From Octopus sinensis (lineage: Eukaryota), in contig NC_043005.1 of assembly GCF_006345805.1 (NCBI RefSeq), positions 3,968,001 through 4,032,000 of the forward strand: a DNA stretch of 64,000 nucleotides, in the 5' to 3' direction. Positions 51,334 to 61,782 of this stretch are shown in pieces; positions within the stretch are counted from its first letter, which is position 1; each line of letters opens with the position of its first letter. The notes beneath the pieces were generated by a model. That model saw nothing but the letters and a program-made list of their open reading frames with translations. It was not told the origin of the DNA and did not search any database. Made by a program: the position numbers and the translations under genes.

Positions 51334-53275
51334 AGTTAGTTAGTTAGTTAGTTAGTTAATTTGGCTCAAAAGCAAATAGCAAGGCCATGTAGGGGGACAT
51401 GGAGTTAAGTACAGGGTGGTGTTCATGTAAAGAGTTCAGGCCACTTGAGGTCCAGGGAGGCTTTGAACAAAGCGGTCGTCGGCATCTTCACCATCTCGTC
51501 TGGTAGCTTGTTCCACGGATCCGCAACCCGGACGGAGAAAGCTCCTCTCCTTCGATTGAGATGAAATCGTCGCAGGTAGAGCTTTTCGGAATGACCCCGC
51601 AGCCGACGCTCTGGAGCAGGAGTGAAGAACAGCTCTTTCGAGAGGTTACACTTTCCGCTTATGATGTTGTGGCGAGAATGAGATCACTACGGCGGCGGCG
51701 TTTTTCAAGAGAATAAAGGTCGAGCGTCCTCAGCCTTTCTTCGTAGGACAAATTTTTGAGACCATGAACCATGCGGGTAGCCAGCTTCTGGACTCTTTCG
51801 AGATGCTGTATGTCTTTGAGGAGATAAGGAGAAGAGGCTTGAATCCCATACTCCAATATGGGTCTCACCAGCGTGACATAGAGTGGTAGGAATATGGCTG
51901 CTGTGAGCATTCCGAATGACTGTCGAATCAAGAACAGAATTCCGCGTGCTTTGTTTTGTTGGCAGCATGGACACACTGGGCCGAAGGCGAAAAGGAGGAA
52001 TCCACCAAGATACCTAGGTCCTTTACCTGATCGGTCCTCTCCAGCAGCAGACGACCCGGCTCGAAATCAAGTTGAGTTGCAGGAGTAGAGCCGACAGGCA
52101 GATGACAGCACTTTGACACGTTCAGACACAGGTCCCAATCGTTAGACCACTTCCAAATTTGGTGGAGGCATCGACGAAGATCCTCTATATTACCGCGAGG
52201 AGCGACCAGTTTGATATCGTCAGCAAATAGAAGGGTGTGTTGCGTGAGGTCGTCGGGCAAGTCATTTATGAAGACTAAGAACAACAAGGGCCCAAGCACT
52301 GAACCTTGAGGCACGCCACTGCTCGCACTGGAGACGTCGGACCGCGAACCATTAACTTGGACTTGGAAGGAGCGATCTGAGAGGAAGGCACCAACCCATC
52401 GTACAATATCCGGATGGAAACTATATGCTTGAAGCTTGACAAGTAATAGGCGGTGGTTTACCGAGTCAAAAGCTTTGGTAAAGTCCAGTAAAACGATGTC
52501 AACAGCATCGCTATCATCGAGGATGCGCGTCACCAATTCTTCCATTACTAGTAAGTTGGTCAAGCATGATCTCTTCGGCACGAAGCCGTGTTGGGAATCA
52601 GAGATAGAGGCTGAGTTTAGGAGGTGGAGCATCAATAATCTTGCTGATTATTGATGTAAGGGAAACCGGTCGGTAGTTAAGCGGGTCTTCGCGGCTCCCT
52701 TTCTTGAAAATTGGGCAGATTATCGCTGTTCTCCAGTCTGCAGGTATAACAGCCGTCGCCAATGACATATTGAATAGTCGTGTTAAGGGCTCGCAGATGA
52801 CTGGAGCCAACGCTTTGATAACCCGTGGGTGTATGCCGTCAGGGCCGTGACCCTTGTTGACATCGAGGCCTTGAATAACACGTTTGACTTTGTCCCGCGT
52901 GATGACCAATCGAAGCATTGGAGGTACCGATCTATCAAATGGAGGGGGTTCATGACCATCATCTTGTTTGAAAATAGTTGAAAAAGCCTGGGCAAATAAT
53001 TGACTCTGTTGGTAAGGGTCCTCAATCGATACGCCTGTTGAGTCTACCAACGTTGCAATCTGGTTGTTCAAGCGGGAATTCCGCTGGACATGGGCAAAGA
53101 AGGTTTTTGGATTGCTACTGGCATTTGCCGCGATTTTGTATTCATAACTGAAGCGTTCTTTCTTTTCGATTTTCACGGCTCGGTCTCGTTGAGTTTTGTA
53201 CACCTCAAAAGCTGCAGTCGAATCCAGATTTTTGAATTCAGCCCAAGCAATATCTCTGAGTCGACGTTCTCGTTT
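51334..53275 (-). mobile_element. Young CR1-like LINE, ~1.94 kb, complete RT domain broken by small indels
   Basis: GPDGIHPRVIK, NYRPVSLTSIISK, QHGFVPKRSCLTNL, SGVPQGSVLGPLLFLVFINDL, LFADDIKL; (ACTA)n tail; same family as 44640-45407. Confidence 0.95.
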
Positions 53276-54479
53276 AAAGTTTAAAGTTTGATCATGTTTA
53301 CCCAGTCACAAAACAGAAAGCTTTCATTTTGTGCATGACTGTACATTTTGTTGTCAACATCCTGAAAACAGCACCTGTTGCCGATATTTGTAAACAACAC
53401 GTGTTTTGTAATTTGAAGCATTCAATATGCATGTAATGCAATAGCACGAACTTAAAAAATTTATCCAAAAAACATTACTTAGCTATTATTTTTAGCACAC
53501 ACCACAGCTAATTCAATTACAAAAAGAAACAAGTAAACCAGTAGTTTTAAACATTCGATATACATTTAATACAAATGTGATGAACAACACGTTACATGTG
53601 ATAAATACAGTACCATTTTCTCCCATAAATGGTTTTAAGAGAAAGCTTTCAAAAAATTAAATGTGATTTGTAATAGAGATTGATTCTGTTTATTGAATGG
53701 ATTAAACAATATTTCAGAGTATCTGTCTTCCTCAGGTTCAAAATGTACAATGTAGAAGGTATGCAGGATTTCCTCATTCACTGTCATTGCTATTGTTATT
53801 ATTTTAACAACAACAACAATAATAATTATAATTATAATTATTGTTATTATTATTATTATCATCATCATAAAAGCAGCAAGTTTAGCTGCATTTTGCTCAT
53901 GTTCAAATTCTGACAAGGTTGATTTTGCCTTTTATCCTTTCAGAGTCAATAAAATAAATACCAACCAAGTACTGGTGCTGATGTAATCAACTAACCTCTC
54001 CCCTCAAAATAGCCAGTCATCTGCCAAAACTGGAAAGAATTATTATTGTTGTTAGTATATGTGAAAGTAAGGGAGGTCTAGTAATCTCTTACTTATTCGG
54101 AATCTTAGATAAAGTTCAACTCATACATCCCACAATTCCCTATGATTAAATGGCAATGAGGAAATGATAACCAAAACAAATATGCAAAGGGGAAGAGCAT
54201 GGGAGACTTCAAGGTCAACAATTACAATGATGATGATGATGTAAATGACAAAATGATCATGATGACAGTAGTGATAACGAGGATTATGGTGAAAATGAAG
54301 AGGGTGATGTTCTCTGTGGTGATAATGGCAGCAGAGGGATGATAAGGATAATTTGGAGATCAACAGCTGTAATTCTATAGGTTCATTCTGAACTTTACAG
54401 AAATAGGACGGCTTGCTGTGCTAACCTTGGATCATAGAGTGACCAGCTGTTCTTGAGGAGACCTATTGACTCAAGTACG

Positions 54480-54846
54480 TCAACACCAACATCAAAATCA
54501 AAATAAAAATCAAATGGAAATTGTAGTTATGATACCTGTGACACGTAAAAAGCACTGTCCGAACGTGGCAGATGCCAGCACCGCCTGACTGGCGTCCGTG
54601 TCGGTGACGCATAAAAGCAGCAACTGATCGTGGCCGTTTTCCAGCCTCCTCTGGCCCCTGTGCTGGTGGCACATAAAAAGCACCCACTACACTCTTGGAG
54701 TGGTTGGCGTTAGGAAGGGCATCCAGCTGTAGAAACACTGCCAGATCAGACTGGAGCCTGGTGCAGCTTCATGGCTTCCCAGACCCAGGTTGAACCGTCC
54801 AACCCATGCTAGCATGGAAAACGGATGTTAAACGATGATGATGATG
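54480..54846 (+). mobile_element. SINE family B
   Basis: GGAGTGGTTGGCGTTAGGAAGGGCATCCAGCTGTAGAAAC...CCATGCTAGCATGG...GATGATGAT. Confidence 0.85.
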
Positions 54847-54859
54847 ATTTATTGTTTGT

Positions 54860-55382
54860 AAGCCTAGAACTTATCCTATCGGTCTCTCTTGCCGAACTAC
54901 TAAGTTACGGGGATGTAAACACTCCAATGTCGGTTGTCAAGCGATCATGGGGAGACAAACACAGGCACACACACACACACACACACACATACATATACAT
55001 ATATATAAGACGGGCTTCTTTCAGCTTCCGTCTACCAAATCCACTCACAAGGCGTTGGTCGGTCCAAGGCTGTAGTAGAAGACACTTGCCCAAGTTGTCA
55101 TGCAGTGGGACCGAACCCGGAACCATATAGTTGGTAAGCAAGCTACTTACCACACAGCCACTTCTGCACCACACACATACACACACACACACACACACAC
55201 ATACATATACATATATATAAGACGGGCTTCTTTCAGCTTCCGTCTACCAAATCCACTCACAAGGCGTTGGTCGGTCCAAGGCTGTAGTAGAAGACACTTG
55301 CCCAAGTTGTCATGCAGTGGGACCGAACCCGGAACCATATGGTTGGTAAGCAAGCTACTTACCACACAGCCACTTCTGCACC
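54860..55382 (-). mobile_element. SINE family A with a 212-bp near-identical tandem duplication of its head
   Basis: GACGGGCTTC at 55009 and 55221. Confidence 0.9.
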
Positions 55383-55390
55383 ACACACAT

Positions 55391-55409
<19 letters not shown>

Positions 55410-55426
<17 letters not shown>

Positions 55427-56200
55427 CGCTATGGATTAATTTCTTGTTTTGTCAGGGAAATATGTACCCCATGTTTCAGGCTGTTTATGTAATACACATT
55501 ACCAACAACTACCACAAGGGAGCTTATGTTTATATGCTACAAACATACATATGTATGTACAAAACAACATTCATGCTTGCACACACAAGTATGCATACAT
55601 ATCCAAACACACATGCACACACTCTCACACACACATGTGCAAACACACACACATATACTAGTGTATGTGCAAAGTACATCTTAGTTGTACTTACACATAA
55701 TTGTGTATATATCTTCAATCTTACAAATTTGCTCGACAGGATATATAGGTCTATGTAATTCTGGAAACCGACAGCTTTCAGACATAGATATGCACACACA
55801 CACACCACACAGGCAAACATGCAGATGCGTGCACACACACACACACACTTATGTACACACAAACACGAAACATATTCACAATCACACAACACAGGTATAT
55901 ACACAGAGACACATATAGGCACACACATACACACACATATGCTTATATATACACACATATATACACATGTGTGCACAGACACACACATGCACAAGCACAT
56001 AGTTATGCATACACATACATATATATATATATACACCAGTCTGCAATCCCACATACCCAGGTGTATATATGCATATGTGCATGTGTGGTGTACCAGCATG
56101 TATGATGGACATATATGCATTCTGTGCATGTTTGCATCCTTACACATTCACTTTCGGTATATAGCTCTGTATGTTTTAGGGTGTATATTTCCACAAGACA
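55410..56200. repeat. Degenerate CA/TA-rich low-complexity tract
   Basis: Directly visible; source of spurious His/Thr/Cys/Val-rich ORFs. Confidence 0.85.
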
Positions 56201-56805
56201 AACTCAAATACATAGCTATCAACACAAGTTTGGCACCACATCAAATACACCGACAACAACAACACCACAACTATCAACCTTCACCACAAACCGGCACCAG
56301 CAACAACAACAACCATCAATCCAAATCTTTCTGATACGATCCAGTGGGGAATATAGCTCTCTCCTGAGTGATAATTTTGGATGTTAGGTAAAGTAGAACG
56401 AGATGAAATTCCCCAGGATGATAATGATTATACACTCAAATATATGAATGTGTGTATACATGTACAAATACATGTATACACATACACAAATGTATGTATG
56501 TGTGTCTATATATGTGTATATATATTTATATATATATCATCATTCAACGTCTGTTTTCCATGCTGGCATGGGTTGGACGGTTTGACTGGGGACTGGTAAG
56601 CCAGTCAAACCGGGCTCTAATCTGAGCTGGCAATGTTTCTACAGCTGGATGCCCTTCCTAAAGCCAAGCACTCAGAGTGTACTGGGTACTTTTTATGTGC
56701 CACCAGCACAAAAGTCAGTAGGTCAGCACTGGCATTGGCCATGTTCAAATGGTGCTTTTTATGCGCTACCGGCACAGGAGCCAGTCAGGGCAGTGGGGGC
56801 CTGAC

Positions 56806-56856
<51 letters not shown>

Positions 56857-57069
56857 GAGAGAAATAGAGGCACAAGGAGATACATATATACTATTGAATG
56901 TTGACATTTTCAGATGTACAATATTATATGCTCATTTGTATCTATGAAACTTTGAGTAATGGGGGTCTCAGTCAACCTGTTATTAAATATTCACAATTCT
57001 GAGTACTTGAGTTATGTTCTAGTTTCTTACATTTGTTCATCTCTCTCTCTCTTTCTCTAATAGATATAT

Positions 57070-57520
57070 CTTGACCTTCGTGGTATGGTGGACCGTTTGA
57101 AAGGGCTAAAAAAGTCAGACACTTTCCTCTTTGGCCAAGGCTTCATCAACTTTTTCAAGTTCCACTTGAAAAGGAAGATGAGAGTAAAGAGGGAAGTGCT
57201 GTCTTGCAGCAAATTTATTGAAAGGTGGGTGAATGTCGGAAGAACGGCCAGTATGAACGGACCAATTCTGCGGATACACCTGTAAAAAAAAAAGGTAATA
57301 TAAAAGGAGAAAGGGGCTCTCTACTCCCCTTTTGTCCAGGCTCCTGTGGCTTTTATGGGTTTTTCCATGAGTAACCTTTCGAAGTGCCTCCCCCTATTGG
57401 GAGTTTTCACTTGTTATCTTGCATTTTCAAACGGACAAAACCCTTTTTGTAACTTTCGTCCTGTATTTTGTCCTTACATGTTTTATTTGATTTTTGTTAG
57501 ACCTTTAATTAATAATTAAT
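57070..57520 (+). mobile_element. Probable Tx1/L1-clade LINE 3' end
   Basis: GQGFINFFKFHLKRKMRVKREVLS...FIERWVNV followed by a stop, an A-run and a UTR-like stretch. Confidence 0.45.
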
Positions 57521-57629
57521 TATTATTATTATTATTATTCAGGTCACTGCCTGGAATGGAACTTGGAATCTTAGGATTAGTAGCCTGCGCTCTTAGCCAC
57601 TATGCCATCTGCCCATGGGCAATTATGGA

Positions 57630-58215
57630 GTAAATTTTAGGGCTTATAAATCTAATATTTTCCTATCCTTCCTTAATACCGGTCCCCATATGCTACTTAT
57701 ATCTGCACTCGGTCTACTTAGGGGGTTGTTGTGTCCTAGCATATGTTCTGCTTCTTTTAGTTTCCATATTTTCCAGTGGTGTTCTCTATTTTTTTAACTT
57801 CATCCCACAGTGGGAGGTGGTCTCCATTTTTCCATACATGATCAGCTATACCCAATTTATCAATATCTCCTCGTGTCACAGCTTTGCAACGTTCCTCTGC
57901 CCTTATTTTGAGGGGGCGGCATATTTCACCTTTGTATAACCTACCACAGCTGCATGGGATGGAGTACATGCAGTTTTTGATAATTTTCTCTTCTATCGAC
58001 CAAATAATAATAATAACAACAACATTGGAAAATACCTTAGGAATGAGAACCCGGGTTCAAAATTTCCCCAAGACACCTGATGAAGGCTGGAGAGTATATC
58101 AGCCAAAATGTGTTAACAACAAACAAGATGAGGACAAATAACCGTCAAATGTAAATAATGTAAATAATGTAAATAATGTACATAATTCCTCATCTCTTAA
58201 ATATAGAACTGAAAT
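57630..58215 (-). mobile_element. Penelope-like element remnant: GIY-YIG endonuclease (minus strand) plus an oppositely oriented terminal segment with a decayed hammerhead (58073-58113, plus strand)
   Basis: YSIPCSCGRLYKGEICRPLKIR.EE...GIADHVWK.GDHLPLWDEVK; ACAC-CTGATGA-A-GGCTG..CAGCC-AAAA-T-GTGT. Confidence 0.8.
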
Positions 58216-59046
58216 ATCCATCTGTGGTACATCCGCTAATCAACGGAAATGAATTAATGATGATGTCCAACTGGATGGCTATGGATACTATGGACTACAC
58301 TGTAATCATCCCAGGATTACAGACTATAATCTTAAGAGCAATGTGATTTGTGGAAACGTGCATAGTGATGCATTAAAATGTTAATCGATTCCATCCATGG
58401 ATTCTTCTTATTATTATTATATTTATCCTACATTATATCGGTACAACTTGATGTAACCCCAAAAAACTGGCTCGCTAGTCAGCATTATTAGATGGTGGTC
58501 GGCACAATGGAATAGGACCTCTATTTGTATACTCAATACGTCACCCATAAACAAATTTAAAAGATATATATATATATATATATATATACATGCAAGCATG
58601 ATTGCATACATATGTATACATATGCATATATGTATTTGTGTGTATATTTACATCTTACATATATATATCTGTATATGTATGTAGTCTGTGTACATCCATC
58701 TGTGTATTTTAATGTACATATGTATATTAATGGTTTAGTATGCGTATATACTGTTGTAAAATATTTACGTAATGCAGCGTGAGAATTTTAATTTTAATGT
58801 ATTAATTGTACTAATTGAATTATATTTCATATATAATTATTTGCAATATGTATTTTGAATCCGATCTTCGATTTAAGGTTTTCCTCGATTTTTATAATCT
58901 GATGAATTTATATTGAATTCATTTATTTTGTTCATTGTATGCTTAAGACCATTAATTGAAAGGACCAATGAAACAAATTCATTTTTAAAGGTGTATCCTT
59001 TAACTAGTTTTGATCATATCGTTATTTCTGTTCTATTTTAACAAAA

Positions 59047-59084
59047 CTGTCTGATGTACGGGAACGTGAAACTCTGAGTAACAG
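59047..59084 (+). ncRNA. Minimal type I hammerhead-like motif with U at position 9 (GUA site after 59080)
   Basis: Stem I CTGT/ACAG; core CTGATGT; stem II ACG-GGAA-CGT; GAAA; stem III ACTC-T-GAGT. Confidence 0.6.
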
Positions 59085-59144
59085 CTTTTGTTATATTTCT
59101 GCTGCTTTTAAATAAAGTATATATATACATATATATATATACAC

Positions 59145-59193
<49 letters not shown>

Positions 59194-59529
59194 CATATAT
59201 ATATAATAAGTGAGTTAAGTAAGAGGTTATAACAACCGTCTATGGGATACTTGTATCCAGTGAATCCACTGGTGTATTACCTATACACCAGCATTGGTAT
59301 TACTGCTCATAAATGATGGATAATGACAAGAATAAACAAAGGTTTATCAATATTCAAGGAAAGCAGAAAATGGAGATAAATTTGATGAATAACAACTGAT
59401 TTACATCAATTATCATTTATTAATTAATTAAAAAAAGACAGAATCTCAACTTACTGCGGTTTTTGTTAGCTTGATCTATAGGCTAACCTTATGTATATAT
59501 ATCTATCTATCTATCTATCTATATACATA

Positions 59530-59752
59530 TATACCATCCGAGAGTGGCCGTCTGCCAGCCTCGTCTGGCACCTGTGTTGGTGGCACATAAAATCACCCAC
59601 TACACTCTCGGAGTGGTTGGCGTTAGGAAGGGCAACCAGCTGTAGAAACACTGCCAGATCTGACTGGCCTGGTGCAGCCTTCGGGCTTGCCAGACCCCAG
59701 TTGAACCGTCCAACCCATGCTAGCATGGAAAGCGGACGTTAAACGATGATGA
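59530..59752 (+). mobile_element. SINE family B 3' half
   Basis: Same motifs as 54700-54846. Confidence 0.85.
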
Positions 59753-59758
59753 TATATG

Positions 59759-59819
<61 letters not shown>

Positions 59820-59822
<3 letters not shown>

Positions 59823-60016
59823 GTGACCATGTGTGTACCGTTGGCGATTTTTTTTCCCTCTGTCTTCTCTTCTCTGGATCTTTCCTTCTCCTATGTTTCC
59901 GACAAAGAGCTCCGCTCAAAACGTTAAACCCTCATTCTTCCTGAGCGTCTAATAATACTATATTTGTTCCACGTCCTCACGTTGTTGTGTTTTTTTGTGC
60001 TTTCTTGTTTGGATTA

Positions 60017-60020
<4 letters not shown>
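59820..60020 (+). mobile_element. Family P1 Penelope-like fragment with a decayed hammerhead at 59895-59929
   Basis: GTTT-CCGACAA-A-GAGC-TCC-GCTC-AAAA-CGTT-AAAC. Confidence 0.6.
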
Positions 60021-60055
<35 letters not shown>

Positions 60056-60264
60056 GGCAAGAAATAATTTTGTCTCTTTTTATGGAAACAAAATGACTGG
60101 TAAAAAGATGCGCTCAACATTGAGACAAACATAAAGAAATATTGATTATAGAACAAACATAAAATTCAAATCAACAACTTTATATATAACACCATACCTC
60201 AAACATTCTATCATATATAAATATTACCATGGTTTTCACACATATAAAAATATACAATTTACAT

Positions 60265-60672
60265 AGGCGTAAGAGTGGCTGTGTGGTAAGTAGCTTGCTT
60301 ACCAACCACATGGTTTCAGGTTCAGTCCCACTGAGTAGCAACTTGGGCAAGTGTCTTCTACTATAGCCTCGGGCCGACCAAAGCCTTGTGAGTGGATTTG
60401 GTAGACAGGAACTGAAAGAAGCCCGTTGTATATATGTATATGTATATGTGTGTGTGTGAGTTTGTGTGTCTGTGTTTGTCCCCCCAACATCGCTTGACAA
60501 CCGATGCTGGCATGTTTTCGTCTCCGTAACTTAATGATTCGGCAAAAGAGACCAATAGAATAAGAACTAAGCTTACAAAGAATAAGTCCAGGGGTCGATT
60601 TGATCGACTAAATGCGGTGCACCAGCATGGCCACAGTCAAATGACTGAAACAAGTAAAAGAGTAAAAGAGTA
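60265..60672 (+). mobile_element. SINE family A, full-length
   Basis: Head, microsatellite, body and GTAAAAGA tail repeats. Confidence 0.9.
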
Positions 60673-60879
60673 TATACAAAAACAGAAGGTAAAAATATAT
60701 ATTTGAATAAAATACAAATATACAGAACAGCCTATCAAAAAGTTAAATACTAATGACTAAAAATTACTAAAACTTCCAAAGCATGTCATACTACTAAAAG
60801 AACTAATATAATGTCAAATAAGAAAAGATAAAATATCAATCAACTAAAAAAGTTTTTTTACTCTCCGCACACAAGTTCA

Positions 60880-61545
60880 GTTCTTAGAACCATGGTAGGT
60901 TAGAGTCCAGGAGCAAAAATGAGTTCCAACACATCAATTTAAATACATCTATGGCCATTTCGGGAGTTCACTGCCAACGTTTGATTACATTTAAAGTGCA
61001 TCTTGACAATGGCCCTCTCATCAGTATGAACAGGAAGCATGCACAAAAGAAAACCAAAAAGAAATTCATTGAATGCTGCAAGGCTAATTTAAAGATAAAA
61101 CTATCATAGGACCAATCCAAATTTTCTAACACAAAGAAAAAACAAAGGAAGAATTATTTCATTGCCAAACAAGCTGGTGGCTGTTGTTTATAGAAATTTT
61201 AACTCACCGGTTTCAAATCCCCATAAAACTAAATATTATTTACTATATCTACTTTTATTTCCATACACTTTCAGAAAAGTAGAAAAAAATTTGTGGTTGC
61301 AAAAAGGGATCACCTCAGTAAATTTATTTAAAGTTTTAGGCCTAAAAGACTTAAGGATGGCAAGGGATTCCCTTACATATAACTTACACTTATTAATATT
61401 CCCTCTGAAATAAGGGTCCCACAATATAATCGACCATTCAAGAGAATACCTTTTATTATTCCTCTTTAAACCATGTACATAAGAGGCAAGTGTAGTAGAG
61501 TTACAATATTTTGTGTTCGAAAACAAATCCAAATATATATAGAGA
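60880..61545 (-). mobile_element. Penelope-like remnant (GIY-YIG C-terminal region and 3' terminal sequence)
   Basis: NSTTLASYVHGLKRNNKRYSLEWSII..PY.RGN.NKCKLYVRESLAILK..RPKTLNK. Confidence 0.65.
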
Positions 61546-61554
61546 ACATGATTT

Positions 61555-61782
61555 GAGCATGGCCGTTGCCAGTACCGCCTGACTGGCCCTCATGCCAGTG
61601 GCATGTAAAAGCACCCACTACACTCTCAGAGTGGTTGGCATTAGGAAGGGCATCCAGCTATAGAAACTCTGCCAGATCAGATTGGAGCCTGGTGCAGGCA
61701 TCTGGTTTGCCAGTCCTCAGTCAAATCGTCCAACCCATGCTAACATAGAAAGCGGACATTAAATGATGATGATGATGATGAT
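61555..61782 (+). mobile_element. SINE family B 3' half
   Basis: Same motifs as the other family B copies. Confidence 0.85.

Noticed and set aside
53635-53916. Minus-strand ORF ending VNEEILHTFYIVHFEPEEDRYSE
   Set aside because: The 5' half is (TAA/CAA)n microsatellite; no polypyrimidine acceptor or known homology recognised.
68-59919. Numerous ORFs rich in YI, CV, HT or TH dipeptides
   Set aside because: They are translations of (TA)n, (TG)n, (CA)n and (TATG)n microsatellites.
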